The notes under the pieces: model-generated | Database searches by the model: none | What the model was told of the DNA's origin: nothing | What the model saw: only the letters and a program-made list of their open reading frames with translations | Position numbers and translations under genes: made by a program | In this document: piece after piece, positions 48,901-56,234 of the stretch | Layout: the number at the start of each line of letters is the position of its first letter | Numbering within the stretch: the stretch's first letter is position 1 | NCBI GenBank assembly: GCA_964586635.1 | Contig: CAZPGN010000001.1 | Location: 72,932 to 136,931 of the forward strand | Source: an uncultured Candidatus Saccharibacteria bacterium | GTDB taxonomy: Bacteria > Patescibacteriota > Minisyncoccia > Phycocordibacterales > CAZPGN01 | Direction: 5' to 3' | DNA length: 64,000 nucleotides

Positions 48901-50128
48901 TCTGGTCGGACGGGAACGACGCCGAAACCATCGGACTTTCGATGTCGAGAAAGCCGCCGCCGAAGGAGAACTCTTTTGGACTCATGCTGTTTTGCGGATA
49001 GACGCCGGCACTCGTTTGCAGAACAAAGTCGGCGCTATTGTCGCCAGTGTCGCCGCTATTGCCGCGAGTGCTTTCAAAACCTCCTTGACTCATAGAGGCG
49101 GCCGAGGCAGTCGAGGTAGATTTGCGCTCGTAACTATTGTCTACGGCGAGATCGGCGAGACGGGTACCTTCTGCGTTCCCCGCCGGCTGTGCCCCCCATG
49201 CGACTCGGTCAATAGATGTCGTCGTCGCGGACGATGTGGCAATACCAAGCGCGCCGTTTGCAATAAGCGTATTGCCGGATAGCGTCGAATACGCGGCGTC
49301 AAGAGCTGTTCCGGAAGAGGTGTAGTTGGTTTGTGAGCCTATAAGGAAAAAGCCATGCTTAGGTATTACGGTGCGGTAGTAGGTAAGAGTTTTCGAGCTC
49401 GCGATTCCGTCCGCATCATAGAGATGAGGGACCAATCCAGAACCCTGCAGATTAAACGCAAACTCGGAAGGGTTGTACAGCTCAAAGAATTCATCGCCCG
49501 CATTACCAGTCGCCCCGAGTCGAAACTCGCTTATCTTAATAGGCACGGTTTGCTCGAGAAGGATAGCGCGACTGCCAGTGAACTGCGTACCAATGGAACC
49601 TCCCGAAGTTGTAATCCAATTTGGCGATGTGGTTGCGTAAAATTGGTGGCCGTTCGTGAGACCAGCCGTAGATGTCGCGAGCGCGACTACAAAAAATTCC
49701 GTGGAGATAGACCCGACCGCGCCGTTGCCCGTGTCGACCGTAATAGTCTGCTCGGTGCTTGTTGCGGGGTCTATGACCATGTTGGCCGCGGTATTAAGAA
49801 GCGTGTCGGAATCGGGTTGGAAACCGAGATTCGCACCGGATTCTCTATAAAGCTGAAGTTTCCAGATCTCGCCATTCGTCAGTTTTGCGACATTCATCTG
49901 CGGAGTCGAAGTCGCCCGAATGGAAACTTTGACATTGGTGAGCGTGGCGCTTCCCGACGATTGAAGAAGACGAAACTGCAAGAGCGGTATGTACGCGCCG
50001 CCTCCAGCTCGCTGATTTTCAAAAAGAACATCGATGGGCGGAGCATTTTCGATAATGGCCGCTCTGGCAACACCCGGCACTGTAGATGCGACTGCGAATA
50101 AGACAAGAGCGATTGCTCGTAACCTCAT
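42920..50128 (-). CDS. Giant secreted surface protein (2402 aa): lamin-tail-like, Ig-like, carboxypeptidase-regulatory-like and FN3 repeats, two PG-binding domains
   Basis: Signal peptide; DEFFELYNP; repeated ITGRVTDG/G.Y.L.V..G.W; FN3 YYYKVSA; poly-Gly; two G.R..DVKRLQ..LN repeats. Confidence 0.85.
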   Translation of the reverse strand: MRLRAIALVLFAVASTVPGVARAAIIENAPPIDVLFENQRAGGGAYIPLLQFRLLQSSGSATLTNVKVSIRATSTPQMNVAKLTNGEIWKLQLYRESGANLGFQPDSDTLLNTAANMVIDPATSTEQTITVDTGNGAVGSISTEFFVVALATSTAGLTNGHQFYATTSPNWITTSGGSIGTQFTGSRAILLEQTVPIKISEFRLGATGNAGDEFFELYNPSEFAFNLQGSGLVPHLYDADGIASSKTLTYYRTVIPKHGFFLIGSQTNYTSSGTALDAAYSTLSGNTLIANGALGIATSSATTTSIDRVAWGAQPAGNAEGTRLADLAVDNSYERKSTSTASAASMSQGGFESTRGNSGDTGDNSADFVLQTSAGVYPQNSMSPKEFSFGGGFLDIESPMVSASFPSDQNTNVPIDMQYIGFNFNKTIATGTIISATATTTVTLRNASSLTNPNLCGSVQYNPFPSAFEPSAKCILSANLAPSTIYAFIATSTIRDISGNPLDQNRFTAGSQPYSITFTTGGSTQTSTNLVPPQVLGASPFNSAQNVPTNLSVLSVEFSQANMNVSTLTNANITLVNDLGAAVVLSNFVMSTSTGKNLLTMMPASLGANRTYTLTVGVGVRNTNGVAAQTAYISKFTTSGSTDSSAPILQSVLPSASAPIAANMNDFLFVFDDTIDPTTATSGSVSMSIVGGANIPGTVYYNPVTQEGHFVPNNVLPSNSQLRLTLVGGAGGLKNTSGTPLAGTVTRDWTVEATNSDTQPPSILFANANDFSIAISFNEAVNSGDAKTLANYSVTAGSGITLSALAGHSVTYDSTTRTAQISGVKLPAGTSFTVTANNIKDMSGNAMTTEGTFTGTVAGFSSSGGGLLGPGTFSGSVFGEHKDFSASGIGFVPPVNIQTLSNFVSASTTYIFELPISRQIPANGTIVLTFPSAADFGICCAATSSARNPYLNEQNKDINGPGTGTVGIAAIARDAAAKTVTLTLNAATRSESGDAHDFLRFGVVDLKNPSIPKGFDSPGYSIDIKSRNASGVLLETFSANPIYINGRIGSSGATTTIRGRVSGNGANLQGVDINLFSPQIGQVIGTTDASGVYQFTDIPINTEFLSNNFGGGGEYMLSTNAIVSPTGTTTGFFGKPNPTPVLATSTSVITRDFALTATSSAVNIDIKMTAALNTFTATEQLDVFAGGPGEFVVRTITPGTAALSATKVTTMPLPQVNGFWGIGFGPAMPKGDTGFMSGPPSTTWSMPKPIEVEVKGCPTACIATVGGSRVTEYTFAISVADKTITGILKDGSGNTVSDAGVYAYSPSLGLGSHGQTAIDGTFSIRVVSGSYNVGAFAPGVGQSREVSVVIDSSGNAFIDGSTSASTGVSGANPFVLKMTKPGYTITGRVTDGTNAVGNAPVFAYRTDGPGHADSFTDSSAGTYTLYVDSGAWKVNVFIPGFGQMTEQTVTVAGANQENIDFAPASTLNFSILSGNIYEDSNSDAAFTAGEGIEGAIIRVSGSSGTNEAVSGSDGAYSVRVRSGSGYSIADIFKPGYGRIAALGNSGAAIGAIDLTASTTQNIRVAPRRTITINIKDSNGNLLEVPKAFIDLFDTSTQLGNHVEITSASSTSLQIANGASTTIRAFIQGVPSSNISVASDDGTNTLVLSGVLQVNGAETIKIVVNTASANLSVVSGTVYHTAATSGNELTDAWISFVNESNGVFAGTQATTSGAYRLSLVDGTYKVIVSKPGYIDTPTSITISGNTTRNFVLTSASRSISGTVTAGGSLSANAFVRAVRVGGGQAVTKTDTDGTYRLSVGEGTWRVFAAAEGYVEAAAAANPISIGANSASSITVALTTTASISSTLMTSNTFTDTSAGSISDTATKVKVDLDANTLGSAGSNSYLTVKETSNFPNTVSVNIVASKAKDINAYSGSSQVKNLQTGKKASIELTYTKAELALSDVDTSAEVDKLKVVSYSEDKKEWESLSTVLTYKDSSGNVITSPASNLSNVSTVAFTSIGSHFSLYALSSATNSDAPAAPANLTATAGNPGSNTITLSWNSSDDSTGYFIYRDTSDTGSFPLLNVPGNVTNYTDTAVTNGTTYYYKVSASKESGSVESAASSAVSAKVNVLGGGGGGGGGGSAPSYLGGSVSDHVLSKTPAISAPASASQGASVSAATLPNPPATPSITAISVSPVFTRVLKTGSRSDDVKRLQQILNSDPDTKISDTGPGSPDNETDFFGLLTKLALQKFQKKHGIISSGSEETTGFGVLGPKTRAKLQEVSSVGVSPAVPATPASVSAAFTRSLDIGTRGEDVKRLQQLLNNDPDTKIANTGPGSPGSETEFLGTLTQKAIGKFQEKYNLAKPSDPGYGFVGPMTRAKLGELGAPTASSVSTEAELEKQVKDLQKLIENLQKQVQVRLGQ

Positions 50129-50281
50129 GGTATGTAAATGAAAATTGATAATGTTTAATCAGAACGAAAAATGGCAAGGATTGCTGTCCTTGCCAAGTAT
50201 TATATTTTCTTTTCGCCGGAAGCAACAGAAGGTTATCCCCGTTCAAGAAAAACGTCGGCTATATATAAATAGGTTAAAATG

Positions 50282-50325
50282 AAAAAGCCTGTGAGAGCGG
50301 CAAGTGATGCCGCTCCCACAGGCTT
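50282..50325 (-). terminator. Intrinsic terminator
   Basis: AAGCCTGTG.GAGCGGCA...TGCCGCTC.CACAGGCTT with a U-tract on the minus strand. Confidence 0.7.
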
Positions 50326-50900
50326 CAGTTTAGAACAATTTTTATTCTTGCGACTCCAGTCCATAACTTGGGCAAGAGTCGCGTTCTCACCTCCTTTATG
50401 AAATTCCCATAATCATCTGGGTCGGGTTCGTATTTTTCCGACCCCTTATTGATTTGGGTAAGCTCTCCGCAGAGAGCGTCGTCAAGGTCGAGCATTCCCG
50501 ACTCAAACTGGTGAGGGTCGAGAATGTATCTTCCCTTCTCCTCGGTCGGCAGAAGTACGCCGACCGAGAATGTTCCCCTCCAGGCCCTCTCGCCGAAATG
50601 GTCCACGGCTCGTGAAAGACGAGCCTTGAACCCGACAGTCCTGTGCGGCGGCAGAGTGTCCTCTATGATGAGGACACTCTGCCGACGCCATACTCGAACT
50701 GGGATCTCCCCCGTTGGGGCGTCCTCCTCCGAGGGGGAGCCGTGATACCACTGCCCGCGGAGGAAGCCTCGACGCGACCACGACGCAACCGACGATTGTT
50801 CGTCGACTGCTCCGAGAAATAGATGCAGACAGAGTGTCATGGAGAACAGCACCCCCGCTCCTGTCAAGACCTTCTTCCAGACTCCTCTGAACTGCATCAC
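50325..50900 (-). CDS. Membrane-anchored hypothetical protein
   Basis: AAGGAG RBS, overlap with the SPFH gene stop, N-terminal TM. Confidence 0.65.
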   Translation of the reverse strand: MMQFRGVWKKVLTGAGVLFSMTLCLHLFLGAVDEQSSVASWSRRGFLRGQWYHGSPSEEDAPTGEIPVRVWRRQSVLIIEDTLPPHRTVGFKARLSRAVDHFGERAWRGTFSVGVLLPTEEKGRYILDPHQFESGMLDLDDALCGELTQINKGSEKYEPDPDDYGNFIKEVRTRLLPKLWTGVARIKIVLN

Positions 50901-51976
50901 TTACTCCTTTTGTTGAGAATCTTCCCAAGAAGTTCGGCAATCGGCCCGGCATTTTCGATCGAGAATGCCGTGCGCGAAGTGTTCTTATCTCGCGAAGCCA
51001 TGACCATGTTCGCGGCCGTGGCTTTGTCGACTCCTGTCTCCAGCATTATGCGCCGTATATTGCGCGTCATGCTCTCGACATCAACATCTTGAGCCTCGGC
51101 GATCGCCCTCGCCTGACCCTGCTGTTCGAGAGCTTTCTTCGTATCCGTGGTGAAGTCAAAATCCTTCACCAGGACATCAAGGATACCGATACCTAGGCGC
51201 TCCTCGATGTCTGAATGGAGTTTATCCCTCCAATACATGAAGTGCCTCAACAGGTCGCAGTAGTATACTGCGTAGAACTCGTAGAGACCGAGTTTCTGCT
51301 GGCAATGTGCATCCCAAGCCGAAATTATTGCGAGACGATTATCATTCATCACGCCGCCAACTGCTTCTTCTGGGTAATACCCCAGAGACAAACGGCAGGC
51401 GAGACGGAGCGCCACCACTTTTGTTGACTTGAGCGCCTCCTCGACGCTCATTGTCGAGAGCATCTCGAATGCGCAAGCCTTCGCGTGGCGCTCTAGCCAA
51501 TCGACGTGCTCGTTTGTCTTTACGAGAAAATACCGACCGACATCGGTTATCTCGTAATTTATTACGACATCGGCTACGACATCTAGACGATTTCCGGCAT
51601 CCATTACTATTTCAACAGGTATTTTTTCCGTTCTTGCCCGAACATCTATTGGGCCACTGTTCCCAGATATAATCTCGTGGAAAGGCGTGGGTAGAACATT
51701 GAGTCCTGCTGTGAGCACAAATCCGGCGACAGGTTTTCCGAAGAGAAAAACCTGCGCTCCGTGGTATTCAGGCACGAACTTTATACATGCCAGACACCAC
51801 GACACGAGAAATGCCGCCAGCGTGAGAACGAAAGCGAACCATGCCACGCTTGTCCATTGTATTGGATGTATTGGACTTACAATGAACTGAATGCTCACCC
51901 TCGCCACGAACAAAGAGACGCACACCAGAACTATGGAGTAGAAACTACTCCATCGACTCCAATTCAGATTTTTCAC
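50897..51976 (-). CDS. SPFH/Band-7 domain membrane protein
   Basis: Two TMs, V.E...A..FLFGK....L..GL...P, V.INY.I.D, GI.I.DV.VKD.D. Confidence 0.78.
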   Translation of the reverse strand: MKNLNWSRWSSFYSIVLVCVSLFVARVSIQFIVSPIHPIQWTSVAWFAFVLTLAAFLVSWCLACIKFVPEYHGAQVFLFGKPVAGFVLTAGLNVLPTPFHEIISGNSGPIDVRARTEKIPVEIVMDAGNRLDVVADVVINYEITDVGRYFLVKTNEHVDWLERHAKACAFEMLSTMSVEEALKSTKVVALRLACRLSLGYYPEEAVGGVMNDNRLAIISAWDAHCQQKLGLYEFYAVYYCDLLRHFMYWRDKLHSDIEERLGIGILDVLVKDFDFTTDTKKALEQQGQARAIAEAQDVDVESMTRNIRRIMLETGVDKATAANMVMASRDKNTSRTAFSIENAGPIAELLGKILNKRSK

Positions 51977-52088
51977 GAAGAAACCCTCTCTTTAGTCAGT
52001 AGATTTCAAAGGTCAATTTGATGTGCTTTATATCATAATATGATTGTGTCGTCAACTAGCTAGGTGTGGTATTAGTCCAACAACGAAA

Positions 52089-52122
52089 CAGCCCGCGAAA
52101 ACCTTTGGTTTTCGCGGGCTGA
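52089..52122. terminator. Terminator-like hairpin after the pilin operon
   Basis: CAGCCCGCGAAAACC-TTT-GGTTTTCGCGGGCTG. Confidence 0.65.
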
Positions 52123-52142
52123 TCGATTCCGAATTCGGCACA

Positions 52143-52400
52143 TCAGAAACTACGCACTGTCGATATAATGAGATTCACAATGCCAAATGCAGAAACCATG
52201 ATCGCCATGCCGAGAACTCCCCATACCATGTGCTGTTTCCCCTTTGTCAATCTACTTTCATCTCCCGCGGCGCTTACAAACTCAAACACTCCCCAAAGGA
52301 AGAATATGAGGGCTAGGCCAAACAAGAGACGGATCAGCGGATTAATAATCGCGTCATTAATCTTGCCGATTACAGGAAGGGCTTGAGCAGAGCGATACAT
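52143..52400 (-). CDS. VirB2/TrbC-like pilin
   Basis: TM-FLWG..F..AGDE....GK..M.WG-TM. Confidence 0.78.
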   Translation of the reverse strand: MYRSAQALPVIGKINDAIINPLIRLLFGLALIFFLWGVFEFVSAAGDESRLTKGKQHMVWGVLGMAIMVSAFGIVNLIISTVRSF

Positions 52401-52417
52401 ACCATGTGTATATATGC

Positions 52418-52891
52418 TTAACGAAAGATACCTCCTATTTGCTCAAGGATATTGCCGATATTCCCGCCTGTGCCGCCCGCACCCTGGCCAGGAGCGGCCT
52501 GAACTCCGGGAGATTGCACTGCTGGGCCTTGGAATACACCTCCTCCCGCCGTAACGCCAAACGATCTGCCGACAAGCAATACAAGGCTGTAAACTGATAC
52601 GAGCACAAAGAGGGCAACGAGGCCCCAGGTCATTATCTCGCGCCCTTCAGCTCTATTGCTAGAGTCTTTTGCCGAGCTAATGTACTCAACGAGCCCCCAC
52701 ATGAAGTAAATCACCGCGATCGTAATAACGATAGGGATGATTATATTGAGGATGCTCTGCACCTGCACAAGTATCGTCTGAACAGTGCTCTGATCACGAG
52801 TCGCAGTTTGGGCAAAAACAAGCACGGGAGCAAAATACATGCCAATTGCCGCCAAAACGCGCGCATATACGCTGGTAATATAATTATGCAT
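52418..52891 (-). CDS. VirB2/TrbC-like pilin
   Basis: Signal ..VFAQ, FMWGLVEYI...EGREIMTWG; start re-called. Confidence 0.8.
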   Translation of the reverse strand: MHNYITSVYARVLAAIGMYFAPVLVFAQTATRDQSTVQTILVQVQSILNIIIPIVITIAVIYFMWGLVEYISSAKDSSNRAEGREIMTWGLVALFVLVSVYSLVLLVGRSFGVTAGGGVFQGPAVQSPGVQAAPGQGAGGTGGNIGNILEQIGGIFR

Positions 52892-53002
52892 AATTATATG
52901 TTGTTGACTGTGGTATGTTACTTTTTTCGACCAAAAATATAACTGGCGACATACCGCGCCATCCCGTGCGCGCCGCTTCGGCATGCACGGGATGGCGCGC
53001 TA

Positions 53003-53467
53003 CTAGAAGCCAAAAAGTCCTCGCAGGGCTTCGCCAAAAAGCTGTTGGGATGATCTGATGGGCGAAGTCTGGCTTCCTCTAGAACTGGGTTGAGTAGCGG
53101 AGAAGCTACCCGATGAACTCCCGGCAAATCGCAGTTGCGGCACATTAGGCTGGGTATTCTCAAGATCGAGTGTCCGAGCAACAACATTAACGAGACCATA
53201 GACCGATGTCATTACAAAAAGCGCTATCACTCCCCAAATCATTATTTGTCTCCCCTCCTGCTTCGCATCTCCCGCGCCCTTTATGTATTGGGCAACTCCC
53301 CACATGAAATATATAAGCGCGAGCGCGATAATGACCGGAATGATACCGTTCAGCATCGAAAGCACTTTATCAATAAGTGTCCCGAGCGTCTGACCTTGCG
53401 CAAATGCGGTCCCAGACGGCAAAAGCGCGACAGATAGAAAAGCTATGACTTTATCTATTTTTTTCAT
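53003..53467 (-). CDS. VirB2/TrbC-like pilin
   Basis: AFAQ, FMWGVAQYI...EGRQIMIWG. Confidence 0.8.
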   Translation of the reverse strand: MKKIDKVIAFLSVALLPSGTAFAQGQTLGTLIDKVLSMLNGIIPVIIALALIYFMWGVAQYIKGAGDAKQEGRQIMIWGVIALFVMTSVYGLVNVVARTLDLENTQPNVPQLRFAGSSSGSFSATQPSSRGSQTSPIRSSQQLFGEALRGLFGF

Positions 53468-53468
53468 A

Positions 53469-53882
53469 TCAATTTAGGAGTCCTATTGTACTTTGAACGA
53501 CCCCAGCAATAATGTCAGCTCCGACTAAGATACCGATTCCGATGACCGTCCACAGAAGCGTCGCCTTCGCAGTCTCAAGCTGTTTCTCGTCGCCGCGTGC
53601 TGTGACAAAAAGGAACCCCGCGTACACAATAAAGAGAATGGCGACGGGAATAGCAAGCTGAACGAGCGCGTCAAGTATTTTTGCAATTAGCTGGTTGAGT
53701 GTGCTTACCTCCCCAAGCGGATTCGTGAGACCACCTCTTGTACCGCCAGAACTTGGTTGGAACACGCCCGTTCCTTGCGCTCTTGCGACACTCACCGAGA
53801 CAAGGTGAGCGCCTAGCACAAGCATAGCGCATATCGTGCGCGCCCCGTATCTCATTTTCTTAATTGTGTGGATAAATCGCAT
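53469..53882 (-). CDS. VirB2/TrbC-like pilin
   Basis: LTNPL, IVYAGFLFVTARGDEKQLETAK. Confidence 0.82.
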   Translation of the reverse strand: MRFIHTIKKMRYGARTICAMLVLGAHLVSVSVARAQGTGVFQPSSGGTRGGLTNPLGEVSTLNQLIAKILDALVQLAIPVAILFIVYAGFLFVTARGDEKQLETAKATLLWTVIGIGILVGADIIAGVVQSTIGLLN

Positions 53883-53883
53883 A

Positions 53884-54285
53884 TTAGATTTCTACGCTAC
53901 CGCCAGTAAGGGCAAATAGGATAAACCGCACGATAATGTATGCCGCGGCCGCAAGCGCGATGCCGATCACCGTGTTCTTCATTATGTCTTTTGCGTCGCT
54001 TCGCTGACTTTCGTTCCCCGCAGAAGTTATAAAGAGAACTCCAGCGACACCAAACGAAAGCGTTCCGACCACTACGGCGAATGTCACAAAGAATTGCAAC
54101 ACGCGATCTGCAAGGCCTCCCTTTCTGATAAGGTCGTTGAAGGTACAGTTGTACACGCACGGCACTATTGGCTGTTCGCTCTGTGCATACGCGACTGGCG
54201 CGAGCGCCGCGGTTCCTCCGAGAACGGAAAGAACGGCAAACGTGACGAGACACAATATAGCTATTTTTTGTCCGGCTGTGCGCAT
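53884..54285 (-). CDS. VirB2/TrbC-like pilin
   Basis: IVPC...C.F.DL, AG.LFITSAGNE.....AK. Confidence 0.82.
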   Translation of the reverse strand: MRTAGQKIAILCLVTFAVLSVLGGTAALAPVAYAQSEQPIVPCVYNCTFNDLIRKGGLADRVLQFFVTFAVVVGTLSFGVAGVLFITSAGNESQRSDAKDIMKNTVIGIALAAAAYIIVRFILFALTGGSVEI

Positions 54286-54288
54286 AAG

Positions 54289-55602
54289 TTAAAATGGTGT
54301 TTGAAATAATTGCCCGAGCTGTTCCCTGGCGCGATTTATCGCTTCTAGCTCCCGAAGCCTGCCGCCGACTACGGCATCTATCATACCCGCGAACACCTGC
54401 CGCGAAGCAATCGGGAATGGATCGAGCCACCCTCTCGCGATGAGCCCTGAACGGCTGACCACATCAAGGAATGGGTCGGTGTTGCCTTGCGCAAGGGCAT
54501 CGCGGCGTGCAGATGCCAAGCGGAGGCCGTTTGCGGCAAGTTGCGAATTATTGCCCGATGCAAGCGCGCTGATAATTGAAAAAGCGGCGGCCGGGTTTTG
54601 CGACGCCCTGGTGAGCGCCAGTGCATAGACAGCGCCAAGTGTCGTTGTGCGCCTCTCTCGAATTTGCGGAACAATTGCGGCATCAAAATTGAGGTGCGGA
54701 TTGATCGCTCGAATAAGGGACTCGGAGCTCGCATAATCGAGATACAGCGCGACCTGATTTCCGGCAAATGCTTCCATCGCAGAGGCAAATCCTCGATTCC
54801 AGGTATAGAGACGGCTGTCAATGTTGCTGAACTGGGTATAGAACCGGAGTGCCGCATCTGCAGGAAGCAAAGGACTATCGTCAGGAGACAAACCAAATGC
54901 GAGATGCACGAGCTTGGTGGCAGTTCTTGCGACAATTTGATCCCCCGATTGCACTAGCAGAAGCGCGAGAATATCTGGAGCATTGGGAATGTTGAACGCA
55001 TCACCAAGCGCGATCGCGCTCTGGGTTATGATACCGCGATCGCCGCGCTTGGTAAGGCGGGGCGTATTCGCAACAACTTCCTCCCAGTGTTGGGGCGCCT
55101 TGGCAATGCCTGCGCTTGCAAACATATCTCGATTCCAATAGAGCACAACGGGGTCTATTAACCAGGGCAAACCGAGTACTCCCTCTGGCGCAAGAAACAG
55201 TTCTCCAGCCTCCGCAAATGTGTCTCGGAACGACCGCTCCGGCAAATTTTCATATGGAATAGGGACGATCTTATCTGCATGCCTTATAATGAGCGAATTT
55301 GGAAGAATGACGATATCGGGCCCGCGGCCGCTCGCGAGCGCGGCGACAAGCTCTTGGTCGAAGGTTATTGGATTTCGCTCGGAATAGCTAACGCGGAGAC
55401 CTCGGAACGCGCGCGCCGCCTCGGCCACAGCTTCTCCAACTCCCGCCTCGGGCAATGTCCCCCAAATGACCACGGAGCCAGAAAGTTCGGAAGAACCCCC
55501 ATTGCCGCCAAGCGAAGTCGCTGAAAACAAAACGAGTGCCACGACAGAGAGGAACATAAACACCCCAAGGACAACGAGCTGGAATGTAGTTAGATTCTTC
55601 AT
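54289..55602 (-). CDS. Extracellular solute-binding protein (sugar family-like)
   Basis: N-terminal TM, ALASGRGPDI, LYWNRDMF..AGI...P..WEE. Confidence 0.82.
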   Translation of the reverse strand: MKNLTTFQLVVLGVFMFLSVVALVLFSATSLGGNGGSSELSGSVVIWGTLPEAGVGEAVAEAARAFRGLRVSYSERNPITFDQELVAALASGRGPDIVILPNSLIIRHADKIVPIPYENLPERSFRDTFAEAGELFLAPEGVLGLPWLIDPVVLYWNRDMFASAGIAKAPQHWEEVVANTPRLTKRGDRGIITQSAIALGDAFNIPNAPDILALLLVQSGDQIVARTATKLVHLAFGLSPDDSPLLPADAALRFYTQFSNIDSRLYTWNRGFASAMEAFAGNQVALYLDYASSESLIRAINPHLNFDAAIVPQIRERRTTTLGAVYALALTRASQNPAAAFSIISALASGNNSQLAANGLRLASARRDALAQGNTDPFLDVVSRSGLIARGWLDPFPIASRQVFAGMIDAVVGGRLRELEAINRAREQLGQLFQTPF

Positions 55603-55611
55603 GTCAGCGGA

Positions 55612-56142
55612 TTACTGTTTCTTGAAAAAAACGCCCCAATGGTGCTCTCCCGCATCGAATGCGCGCTCATCAGAAAATCCCGCATCTATAAACATCCTCG
55701 CCGCTTTCTCTCGACTAACAATGTTCTCGGGGCGCGGCCCTAAACCGCCAAAAGAATCGCTCCAGTCAATGACTGCCGCGCTCCCGCCTGACCGCAGTAC
55801 GCGGTATGTTTCGCGCGCGACCGCCGCGCCGTCTTCTGCCTGGAAGAGAATATTTGATACGAGAACGAAGTCCATCGATCCATCGCCAAGACCCGAACCG
55901 TGCGGCGTGTCGAGGTCGCCCGGCAGAACTTCTATCGTTGTTAACCGCTCGGCCTTGGCCTCTGAGTATAAGCGCGACAGCAAGTCTTTCTGGACATCGA
56001 CGGCATACACGCGACCAGTATCTCCAACTCGCTTTGCCATCTCGAGCGCATACGCGCCGCTTCCCGCGCCGAGATCGGCGACCTTCATGCCTTCACGGAG
56101 TCCAAACCTGGCAACATTTCGTACTGGGTCGGCAAACGCCAT
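55612..56142 (-). CDS. Class I SAM-dependent methyltransferase
   Basis: VADLGAGSG, VYAVDVQ, RVLRSGG..AVIDW. Confidence 0.88.
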   Translation of the reverse strand: MAFADPVRNVARFGLREGMKVADLGAGSGAYALEMAKRVGDTGRVYAVDVQKDLLSRLYSEAKAERLTTIEVLPGDLDTPHGSGLGDGSMDFVLVSNILFQAEDGAAVARETYRVLRSGGSAAVIDWSDSFGGLGPRPENIVSREKAARMFIDAGFSDERAFDAGEHHWGVFFKKQ

Positions 56143-56234
56143 ACATCATAAGTGTACCACGCATCGCATACTGCCTCACTCCAGTTATCTACAGTCTCCA
56201 CAAGTAGCGCAACTTCAAAACGCAAATCCAATCA

